This document shows positions 1 through 11,600 of a stretch of 64,000 nt of DNA, in pieces. Each line of letters begins with the position of its first letter. Position 1 is the stretch's first letter. The notes under the pieces were generated by a model. That model saw only the letters and a list, made by a program, of their open reading frames with translations, was not told where the DNA came from and did no database searches. A program made the translations under genes and the position numbers. Origin of the DNA: Marsupella aquatica (taxonomy: Eukaryota > Plantae > Marchantiophyta); contig OZ316891.1 in the NCBI GenBank assembly GCA_973895155.1, positions 9,859,875 through 9,923,874 on the forward strand, in the 5' to 3' direction.

Positions 1-152
1 ATACATGCTCACTTCGCTATGCCACTAATTCATTTTTTAATTGGTACTTTATTTTCGACAGCTAGAAGCTTGCTTGAAGTCTCAGTTGAACGAGGATGTT
101 GGTTGGGAAGAACCAGGATAATAACAACCCAGGTTGCTGTTCTCTCTTTCAG

Positions 153-3100
153 AGGCGATGGATGTCTTCGACCAAGAAAAGCCGATTATCTTTGCTTACG
201 AAGAGATCATTGAAGCCACAGACAACTTCAAGGAATCTCGATTGCTCGGGCAGGGTTCTTATGGTGCGGTTTACTATGGAATTCTGCGCGAGCAGGTGAG
301 TGAAATATATGCTCGTCGTGTATGAAATATGCCTCGATAGACAGTTCAAAAGCGATGGTACTGATCGATGATCGTTTCTTAGCATCTGCTTTCACGTCCC
401 CAAACTCTACTGAAGATATACTACGACTGGTTTCTCTAATGCATAGACGTGCAATCTAAAACAATCAACTAAAATATGGGTTCCCGATTGATTGAAAAAC
501 CAGTATGTAGTGTTTTGTTGGTCAATCTAGCAATAAAAGCGGTAAACGTACTCAGATATGTCTCAGGGTTTACGAAGGCAACCAAGGAAACGTCTGGGCG
601 TCCCATTGTTTATAACCATTGGTCGGTGGGTCTCTACTAAAGCTATGATTCCATTACTCAAAGGGATTTCTAAATTTAAGGAAGTTTATACTGTGCAGAA
701 TGTTGCAATCAAGCAAATGAAGACGACAAAGTCAAGGGAGTTCTATGCCGAGTTGAAGGTCCTCTGCAAAGTTCATCACACGAACCTGGTAAGGAAAATC
801 TCGAGAAAATGGAAACGAAATCCCGAATAGGATCTTGTTTGCGGGGCTTGCCCTGATTCTACATTTCACCGTTTGTAGCATGTGAGTTCAAACAGATCAC
901 GAATTTAATGTGATGGTTTGTAGAGTAGGACTGAATGATAGAGTCTCTCAATCAAAGGACACACGATTTCGCGGGCTGAACGATTGTCGCGAAAGTTGTT
1001 GCGTTGCTTCCCTCCGAAGTAGGTTAGAATCCATTATTGAATTTGCTATACGGTCCGGCTACTTACTGGGTAATAGATCATTCGATTCTTCGATGCAATT
1101 ACGTGACGCTCATCTTGTTGTTAACGACGTATGCTCCTATTTCTCACATGAATGCAGGTGGAACTACTTGGATATTCCGCAGGCGATGATAGTTTGTTTC
1201 TCATTTACGAATTTGCCGAGAATGGAGCGCTCAGTCAGTATTTACACCATACGAAAGGCAATCCTGCAGGTATCTTCTCACTATGCAAACTTGTGAGGAT
1301 ATTTTGTAAGGGTCAAGTTTAAAATACAGTAAATCGAACGACTGGGGAATCCATCGCTTTCGCACGTCTTCCGACATTTTGCACACTTTGACTGACATTG
1401 ATTGGTCATTGATTTTCAAGTATGCTGGTTTTGAACACCAGGTTGAAGTCAATCGCCTATCGAAGTGGATTAACCCTTTCTGAGAGATATTCTTAGTAGA
1501 CCCCCTTCTGGAAAAAGTTTGCTTAATCAACCCCCTCCATACTTTTCCCCAATCTGGACCCGTTGATGGACCTTTCCATCTCAGATCTGGATTCATAGAC
1601 CTCAGGGGGTCGATCAAGTAACAAGTTTCTTTTTGGGGGCCGATCAAGCAAATACCTTTTCCCAGCATGAGCCTGGTTGCTGAGCACAATGTTAGCTATG
1701 GCCCACTGATGTGATTCTTCACCCCCTAATGCGAAGCAGCCACTCCTATCTGTCGCCCTATCTGTCGATAAGCATAGTGCAAAGAGACTCTTTGGCTAGT
1801 AGACAGTGCACGTTTTCCAGGCATGCAATTACTGTTCGAAAATGGTTGTAGGTACGTAGGCAATGACTGCGTACTAGCTGGGTTAGTCTCAAGCTGGCGA
1901 CTGTCAAAATAAAAGACAAAAACGGGTGGTTCTCCTTTTAGTATGGCAGGACGACCTTGCAAGGAGTATCTTAGACAAAAACGTGCGTTTTTCCTTTTGG
2001 TCTGTCAGGGATACTTTGCAAGGAGTATCTTAGACAAAAACATGTGTTTCTCCTTTTAGTCTGGCAGAGGTACTTTGCAAGGAGTATCTTAGATTGTCGT
2101 GAATAGTTGTGTCATGCGGTGTCGCATGTGATACCCTTTCGATGGTTTCTTTACCTGTCCGAGCCCTTTCTCCTTCTCCCATTTAAAGTGGCATTGGTGT
2201 ACTATAACCCATGGGCCCAAGGGGGTTAGACATATAATCCCCTAGTGCAGTGAACCCAACCTGGTTAGAGCCATGGCCCTCAAGTGGTCATGGATGAATT
2301 AACTAGCATAATCCCCCCGCCCTGTAGTTGTGCTCTAGTTTGACCTGAAATTTGCACCATAAATCGGATAACTCTTGAGGTGGACAAGTCAAGGGACCAA
2401 AATCTCATAACACACGGGCCAGGCTGGCTCATAAGTATCCATAGAAATACAAAGACAACACTAGAGGACCATTTCCTTCATTGGCTGAACTTCATTTCAG
2501 GTCGAGTGATGGGGGCCTGAAAAAGGGCTAACACCCTAAAATGGCCCGAATGTATTGTCAAAAATAGTATAGAAAATGATCAAGACCTTATGTACACCTT
2601 ATTGTCAAAGCCATAATGCTCAGACTCTTGTGACCATGTAGGTTTGGTAGTTGGCCTAGTTTATTAGATCTTCACGCGACTTTCATTCTTGACTTCCAAA
2701 GACAATACTCCCACAAAGATCAAAGGATAACAGGTGCATTCCTACCTATCAGCTTTGGGGTTTCCCTTAGAGTTCTACCTTTCGAGACTGACCCGCCTTA
2801 AATCAGTCCCCCTGCGTGCACCCCCCCCCCCCCCCCCCCCCTTTTTCTTTTCGGATTATTGGGCATTTCATGTGTAGGTACTTCAGTTCCAGACTCTCGT
2901 CTTTGTGGAACCTCGAAAGATTTCAGTGAATTCCATTTAACGTTAACAAAACAGGACAAGAAGAAACCAAAGAACAAGAACATACAACGGGGTTTGTTCA
3001 TGGACAGGTAGTCTATCAGTTCTTGGGAGCGTCACTAAAGTCAACATGTACATCAGGCACTATTTCTCAGCACTCATGTCTCCAGCTAGAGCACGCTAAT

Positions 3101-6100
3101 AGATTGGTACCTAGGTGGGCCCGTGTGCACAAGGATTGATGAGAAATTGTAAAGTTTATGAAGAAAGGGTGTATAGGGGATCCTGTTTACAGTGCAGTGC
3201 AATGGAAGAAGCGAAAGTAAAGCAGAGAAATTACCACAAGTTGACGAGATGTCAAGTGTTTCATGAGTTCAGGAGGTCCTAGTTGTGTGCCTAGATGAGT
3301 TAAACTTTCTTTTCCAGCTTAACCTTTTCGAAGCAATAAGAAAAAAGGAGCTAAAAACTGGTGGTCCTACTTGTCTCCTCAGATTATCTGCCTTTGTCCT
3401 GGACGGCTAGGGTTCAAATCGCGTTGGATACTGCTCGTGGCCTGGAGTACATACACGATCATACCAAGGCGCATTATGTCCACCGGGATGTGAAAACCAG
3501 TAACATCCTTCTGGATGGATTCTTCAGAGCAAAGGTTCTCGTCTGCCCCTCCGTCCGTCTTCCGTTGAAGTCAACTCCTAAATAAAAGTGAACTGAGCTA
3601 GTATTGTATACAAGTAGGTACTACGATCTTGTGCTATGGAGTCTCATTTACGGAATCGACGATAGTAAGTTGGTGAGTCCGCTTGTCTGATAGCTAAGCG
3701 AGGATTCCACCATATTAGCGCTGTTCATCCTAGACTGATGCCATTAGTAAATGTGGCTCGTCGTCGTATCGATCCGAGTACCAGACAGTGCTAAATTCAG
3801 CGGCGATGAATTCCTTTGATCTACCCCTGCTTGTTGGCTGTTACCTGTCAATTTGTCTTATGCAACTTTGCATGGCCGGCTGATCTGGCGCCGAAAGTCG
3901 TGATTGGAGGTCTTTGAGAATGTAAGAAGGATCAGTGGATCACAGTCGCCCGCCCAAATTGAAATGCTTGGTGGACCCGCACCTTGCCGATCTGATGCTT
4001 TCAGAAACTTCCAAGGCCCTGACGAGGCTTGTTCGTGGGAACAGGGAAAACGCACTTACACGCAAGTCCTATGGATACCTGAAAATTTTAGTCTTTCAAA
4101 AGTGGAGACGGGATGACATAAAGTAGGTAGATATACCATAGTTCATGTGAAGCGTATAAATACAGGGTACTGGGTGAACCGGAGAATGATCAGATGGTAG
4201 CTAGTCTCATGGATGTCGAAAATACGTCTTTCTAGTATTTTCGAGGAGTATCAACAGACGGCTACGCACGGGAGGAGAGCAAGTGATCCGGTACGGCGAG
4301 TAGATTTTTCAGTATCGTAGTATATGCTATGGTATGCGAAAGTGCAGGCAAGTTGGGAGAGCCTGGATTGTTTAATAATTAAGGTCCATAAAGAAAACAT
4401 GAGAAAACACATTAATGTTTGTAGAAATTAACCGTAGAAAAAGGGTCTAGGCAAGGACAGGAAGTTTTGCTGAAGGAAATAGAGGTCCGTGGTTCGGCAT
4501 TACGAAAACAGCATTGGTGGCAGGGAGGACATCGCAGCCTAGGGCCGAAGAGGAGATCATTGTCTTGCTTTCGCACTTATGCAGTCCTTAAGAGAAGGAC
4601 GGAAGTGGGACCCGAATTTCACATCGAAGCCTTAAGTTGATCAATACCGATTCAGACCGAATATAGACAACATTCAATGGTAGAAAGATCATACCGGGAC
4701 CGAAATAGACAACATTTAGTTGTAGGAAAATAATGCCAGGGTAAGTGGAGTTGAAAACTGGTCGCAACTATACATACAAACAGAGTGTTTCCCTAATGAC
4801 GGCGGCTTGCCCTAAATGGATTACAATGTCTCATTCATGCAGGTGGCTGATTTTGGATTAGCTAAGCTGGTCCAGCAGAATTCTGAGACGTTTATTACCT
4901 CAACTCGAGTTGTCGGGACCTTTGGTTACATGCCTCCAGAGTAAGTTGATCCTTTACTCTCTCGTAGGTGGAAGATTTGGCTAGTGGCATAGCGTTTAGT
5001 AGTATTTACGTACTGGTCCAGTAGTTCAAACTAAAATAATTGGCCAATTTCCGAACTGTAGGCGGAATTATTTAAATCAATTTCAAATTCGACGGACCAT
5101 TCTCCTTACTACGCCATATGCACTTTTGCAATTCTCTGATGATCTCTGACAGACAAACAAACAATTGAATCGGGTCATTCTCATGCCCCAAACTACCAGT
5201 TAAATTTGTCGCACTGCATCGTCCCTTATTTTGGTGTGATTATACTTGAGCATCCTTGGTCGTGCTCTGTTTTGATCCGTATAGCTCTGTATAGCTACTG
5301 TGATAAGTGTAGCAAACGAGATGATAATTGATAAGATCGACTTTCTTGACCCTCATGTCAGGTATGTACACGGTGGTCGCACCACATCGAAAAGTGATGT
5401 GTATGCCTTTGGAGTTGTGCTCTTTGAGCTGATAACCGGTAAACCAGCTATGTCGAAGACGGATTCCGGTCGCCGGTCATTGATCTCCTTTGTAAGTGAG
5501 ACGGACTTGCCACGGACTTTTGTCAGTCGACTTTGAACTTTTCATGTTTAAGCATTTAGCGTCGTTCGCAGATTACTCCCCGTTTCTGTTTGCTAAACAG
5601 GTGCCTATTGCTGCCTTGTTGCGCTTCAGATGTTGGAAGTCCTCAAGGAGGAGCATGATCCAAGAGTGAGGTTCCAGGATGTGGTAGACCCACGTCTTGG
5701 TAATTGCTTCCCACTGGAGTGGTCTTTCAAGGTATGTTTGGACAGTCATCCATTGTGGTACCTTCCTCTACAAAATTTAGACGTTCCAGTGAAAAAGTCG
5801 TATCTGTTATTGTGGATAGTATTTTGGTCGAAATGTATCCGTTCAGCCATAGATTAAGGCTTCATTGGTCGGATAGGGATTCAGCTACCATTACTCAATC
5901 GAGTATTTTCTCTGATTTTACACTGAAATGTATTGATACTACTGACTGTCCGTTGATAAGTTTCTCCATCCGGTGTACAGATGGCGAAGTTGGGGAGAGC
6001 TTGTGTTGAGCAAGAACCAGCTAAGCGACCAGAAATGAGGACCGTCGTTTTTACCTTGTCTCAATTTTTGCTCAATTCCATTGAGTGGGAGGCAGCTTTT

Positions 6101-6145
6101 GCAGGAACCAGTCAAATTTTCAGTGGGTTGACCCAAGGCAGATAG
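153..6145 (+). CDS. LYK3: Receptor-like kinase, LysM-RLK LYK3 clade; kinase-domain exons only, 5' part lies outside the window
   Basis: GT-AG exons that join in phase: 153-295, 699-788, 1158-1269, 3383-3534, 4843-4940, 5362-5491, 5630-5731, 5981-6145. Motifs: [58 protein letters not shown]. The C-terminus [21 protein letters not shown] matches my recollection of the AtLYK3 tail. The LysM ectodomain is not visible here. Confidence 0.88.
1500..1660. mobile_element. Possible MITE-like imperfect inverted repeat in a LYK intron
   Basis: ttgcttaatcaaccccct (about 1519) is the near reverse complement of agggggtcgatcaagtaa (about 1604). A second gggggccgatcaagcaa follows. Confidence 0.35.
1914..2092. 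repeat. Three tandem copies of an ~60-bp unit in a LYK intron
   Basis: The unit agacaaaaac...ccttt...tgcaaggagtatctt recurs at about 1914, 1972 and 2032. Confidence 0.85.
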
Positions 6146-8629
6146 GTCCGACTATGTCAGCTCAGTCATCCAAGCGCGCAGCTTGCATATTCTCGCATCA
6201 TGCATGAATAAGATTATCTGCCTCAGCGCCCGATTCACTCCCAGAGTATGGTGTGATGAGCTCCAATGTTCGAAAACTTCGGTAAGTCACTACCAACAAG
6301 ATTCGATTCGAACGCTGCAGTACTCGGTAACACGTCCAAGATGACAAGTGTCGTCAAACGCGTCAATTGCCAAACATAATTGCCAAATCATTGTAGGCGT
6401 CATGTGCCTACGATACCGCGGTTGTTTAAGGCAACACCGCGTCGAATCTGAAATTCACTTAAGGACACACCAGATTCTAAGCACTGGTCGAGCTCTGTTT
6501 GCTTTGACATAGAGTGCTACTTACTGAAACTGATCCCACTGCTAGGGGGTCCTTTGTTGAGGTAGTTACGCATGAGTTGCACTTGTATATTGCGACCAAT
6601 TGTGCTTTGCGTATATTGCGGTGCCCGCAATTACTTCAAGTGTTTGGGAAGTTGCGCACCATGAACCCGACATACTTTGATAAGTTGTCGAGTGAGAGAG
6701 CTTGGCAAGCAAAGTCAAACTTTAGGGCCGTACTAACTTAATGCAGATTGGGTTCTTTATGCTGATTTGAAATGTCATGGGAATGCCCCACTCCCCCGGC
6801 ATAGTTAGATCTTTGGGCAGATGAGAATGGTCAGGCAGCTAAGGTAAGTTGCAGATAATTCTACTCCAAGGATGAATTAAACTGCCAGCATTGCATGCAG
6901 ACTTGGCAGTTCCAAGCGCAGATGAATGTGGTGGAAGACAGGACAGGTTTCCAGAAATTTAGTAAATTTTCCTGCTCTATTGAGCTACAGAGCCAAGGCC
7001 TGTTTAGATTAGCTTCTGTCTCTGATTCGTGTTGGATTTTCCTAAACCGACAGGAAAAGATGAAACTCGCAACTAGATTTGTGTTCACAAGTGAATTGGA
7101 CATCCTATGGAAGTGTCAAGATACGTGTAATCTCGTTCGTTCTTTCCGACTCTTGCTGAACATCTGGCGCTATCCAAGCTGCTTAGAAATGAGCTCATAT
7201 TACTTGCTGGACAATTTCCAAATCAGAAGAGACATTCACACAACATCTCATAGAAGTTCGCAAAACCATTCGATGTTTGGCCAAAGGCTGCGATGTCATT
7301 TTTGCCATGAGCAAATCCCATCTCGGAGCACATTTACAGCGACGTTTCCGAAACCGTGTGATTCTTAGATTCTGTCGGACAGTAGCTCACATGTGACACA
7401 GTAAGATTTGCTCAAGATTACAAATCCAGTGTTCCAAGTCTTCACGGACTGGAATGTCGGTGATGCCAAGCCATATATATATAATTTTCTCGGTCCTCAT
7501 CACCTTGTCATCACTTAATAACTTCACACATCGATGAGAATTTCAGACGACCTGTCGCTGTGATGGGAGAGGAGAACTTGTCAATCATGATATGCACTCC
7601 ATGGTTGGGTCTAACCAATTGCAAGTTTTGCAAGGTTCGAACTGAAACAATCCAAGTTGCAACTCCAATCCGGTGGGTGTCCATCCCTCTCAACGGATAC
7701 TCTTTCTTGGAACAGATTGCAATCGTCTGCCTAAGAACAGTTTTCGTCCATTCACAAAGGAGTTGACACACGCAAAATTTATGGATATTCATGCACAGAA
7801 TGTCGCATACATCATGGCAGGGTGAAATTTGGAGAGCTATATGAATGAATTGAATGTTTTTATCTCCGTGCTGCAGTTACATATTCAACAAACGAGGAAA
7901 CGAGTAGCAACTCGTTTCTGTCAAAAATGAAAGGTCTATCCAAGTGTACCAAACGAGAGAGAGGATCATCCTTTCTATGGAAGCCATTTCTTCATAATAC
8001 CCTTGCGATGCGTTGGAACAATATGAACTTTGTGGGGATAAGGAAGTTTACCCCCTACGGACAGTTCCTCCACATGTCATTACAAAATCGCTTCGCAATT
8101 AAAGTAGATTGACTTCGAGCTAATTAATTGGATTTTCCAGCTTCCAATTGTGCAACCTCTTTCAAAGGCCATATTTTACAAAATCTCGGTTGCTAAAACT
8201 AGAGAACAACTGGAACCTTCATGTAAATTCTATTTTCAAATCAAGGCCACAGGGGCAGACAGGTGGCGACTCACCATCACACTTGTCCAAGAGCGAAAAC
8301 CTAGCACTAAAATTCCGCACTTTTCTTGCTCCTGCAAGCCCCAAGTTGAGTCACCAAGTTGAGTCAGAAAAGAATATGTTCAATGACAACTAATTCTTAC
8401 TCTTTCACAACTTCCACAATTAAAGACGGACAACGCAGATGGTGGCTCAATGGCTATTTTCCCATTCTGCCGAAAATCACACGACCTCATTAAACCTTTT
8501 CTAATTGCAGAGAACCAAGTTGAGACGGCAATCAATTGCCGAGATGCAACTGCAGAAACAGCAAATACATAAACGTCAACACCAAGATCCGACGATCATT
8601 TGTAACAGAAGAAATATCTCTAAGGTAAA

Positions 8630-11600
8630 TTACCTGTCCTTGAAAAAATCGTCCCGACCTGGCGTCGGACAATTATGATGTTGAGAGTAGGAACTGAAGT
8701 CAGTGCTATAGCTGGGTTCATCCGGAAACAAATCCCAACCATTATCCTTCCACTTCAAAATTTCTCTCACGTATTGGAATGTTTCCAATACTTTGTCTTT
8801 CTCAGTAGCATTTAGTTTGAACGTGAAAAGCTTGTGGCCACTGCACGCAAATAACTCCTTGTACTTTCTAACAACAAAGGTGTAACCAAGCTGGGCCTGG
8901 ATTTGGCCTGTCATCTGGGATGCCCCAACCGGTCTGAAGTCATCGAACCACTCGCAGGTTGTCAGTGGAATCCCCCTGCATATTTTTTCCTCAAACAAAT
9001 CGTATTTGTTGAGTAACAGGACCATAGGCTTCTCACCAAGAACGGGGTGTTTCACAACACTGTCGAACAGCTCCTTCTGGAGTAATTTACTGCGTGACAC
9101 GCCACATTTGTCCACCAACATTTGGTCATACTCACTTATTGCCACGCAGAACACTACTGCGTGTACGTCCTCGAACATCGAAAGCCACTTGCAGCCTTCT
9201 GTCATGCCTTTACCTCCTACCTTGATCAGCTGGTACCTGATACGCGTTAGGACATGAAATGACATCAGAGCATGCAAACAGTGAAGAAAAAAACACCATT
9301 CACAATAGAGCTTGCCACAAACTTGACTTTAGGTATGCATGGCAGTTATTGTGCAACTCCCCAATCCCGGGACGGATCCAAATGCATGTCTTCTGATCAC
9401 ACATCTCTGGCGTCTGAGAAATTATATTTCTCGGTGGGCAAAAGTTGCACAATTCCTTTGCCAACAAATTAGAACACTAAATCGACGTCAACAAACCTGC
9501 CAAAGTAGACCAATACACAAAAAGAACGTCCACTTATTGACTATCACAATGTTTTGGGTGGTGAATATGCTGAGCAGCAGCCATTTTGTCAGCAATTTAT
9601 AAACATTTTCAATTTGCTTGATTTCCAGCAAAACAAAGCGCTCAAGCATTGCTCCACACTACATGAGTAGGCTTCCGCAGCTCCTCCGCCCACTTGTTAT
9701 ACCCAGTTACTAGACCACAACTCGCCATGTCATGTTGTGAACACTTCACGTGACTCCCTAAAGATACGGAACAATTGTAAACTTTTGACTGAGTATTAGA
9801 AGACAGTGAAAAATTTCCAAGAGGCCATTATTTAGAGAGACCTTCCAGGCGACGAATCATCATGATCCTGGTAAGATGGCATTTTATCATCCAATAAAAA
9901 TTCCACTTCCGCAAGTCCTGATCCTTGAGCCAGGCCTTCAGCTCGCAGAATGTCTTCGTCAGAAGGTACGTATTCATTAGAAAATACATCCACCACCTGC
10001 CAAAATAGCAAAATTTAATAGACACGTCTGAAGCTTTAAAATCCAACCTCCTATATTCGCACATCTACAGGCAGTGCATTCCTTCCGAAATATTACGAAG
10101 GATGCTGAGAAGAATTTTTTTTCATCATCTCCGAGGACAGAAGTGGACGCGGTCCTCCTCAAATTTAGTCATTGCGCGAGCGTATATTCTTGCTGTGTTG
10201 CATCTAAATGCTTCTACAGAGGATATCTAGGCTTCTGGCTACAACTGCGACCCAAATACAGCATTATGGGTTCAAATCGTACATGTTTTTCAGTAATAAA
10301 GCAAACCAAAATAACAGAGAAACTAAGGTAAAGCCTTGGGAAGGTTAATCCGCTAACTGATTGACTGCCATGGTCAGACAAAAGAACACGGAAGCAAGCA
10401 TAAATTTCTTTTGAAGGTTTCCCAGGAGAGTAAACGTGGGACATAATTACCTTGTCGAGGAAGTATTCTGCTGCATCCGGAAGAGAGTTGAGTTCATCTT
10501 TCCTTTTGTGAGTGGCCTGAATGGCAGCATCTCTCCATAATTGATGAACCAGCAGCGGGTATTCAGTGCTACTTGTAGAAATAAATATGTCAAAAGACTC
10601 GGCGAGACTCTCGGAGAACCACTCCGCTTGTTGCTTCAGCCGACCTTCGAGGGCATACACATTTTGTTTGGTTCCAACATTTTCATCTGCACAACCTTTC
10701 TGTCAATATTGTTCTAAATGACAAAACTCCTTATCTCAGATAGTGGACCGATGCTCCTTTAAAGTCACACTCGGACCACACATAACTGAATCAGACCAAT
10801 GCATTGAATAATTTGGACTGTAACCTGGGAAATATGTCACTTCTAATACCGACAGGAAATAAGAGGGAGGCACTTTTTGAATCGGGATTCCCCCCCGCTG
10901 GGCCCCCGCCAAACCAACCCTCCCCCAAGCCACACCAGCTGAATCAAGGAGGTCTTTTGTCTCAAGGGGGATTTCAAATGTTTTATCATACCATCAGTAA
11001 ACACCGTTCAGACTATAACAACAATGCATTGTATATTCTTCCATTAAATGTCACTCTTGGTCAAGAAAGCTTTAGGCAGCAAATGCATAAAACAGTAGTA
11101 CGTCCCGGCATGAATCTAACTAATAAATCTCAACAATGCTCCAAACCCAGCCCAATTGTTTTTTCCCAACAATGACTAGTGACAAATGACTCCAAAGTTT
11201 GACATACAAGTTCCAGAGAAAAACTTTCTGTCCGAGTAGTACTACTCTGGTGTCCCTGCTGTATACGTATCAACTTATAGTCGCGTGCTATAGTTCAAGG
11301 ACAAGGTAAATTATTCTCACCTGAGTAATCTCCAGTGGCATAACCTCTAGTATTATCTACCAAGTCGTCTTCCTCTTCCTCAAAGCGCTCTCGGCCCTCC
11401 AGCAAAATACCTATATATCTGTAAATGTGGCGCTGGATCACCACCTTCATTTGCATCCGTTCCTCACTAGTGAAGCCATCCTTGAACAAGAATTTTGTCT
11501 GTTGATATCACAAGACAGATAATGATCGTGATTGTCACTTTTGAAGAACACATATACAATTTTGGGCTGGTTTCGAGTCAGTCCATTATATGAATTCACC

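Noticed and set aside
2820-2841. Poly-C run (also 48221-48253) as a possible G-quadruplex element
   Set aside because: These are simple homopolymers in repeat-like DNA, their length is error-prone, and there is no functional evidence.
6895-7368. 157-aa ORF between LYK and XLG
   Set aside because: No recognisable domain and a random-looking composition; probably 3'UTR or intergenic sequence.
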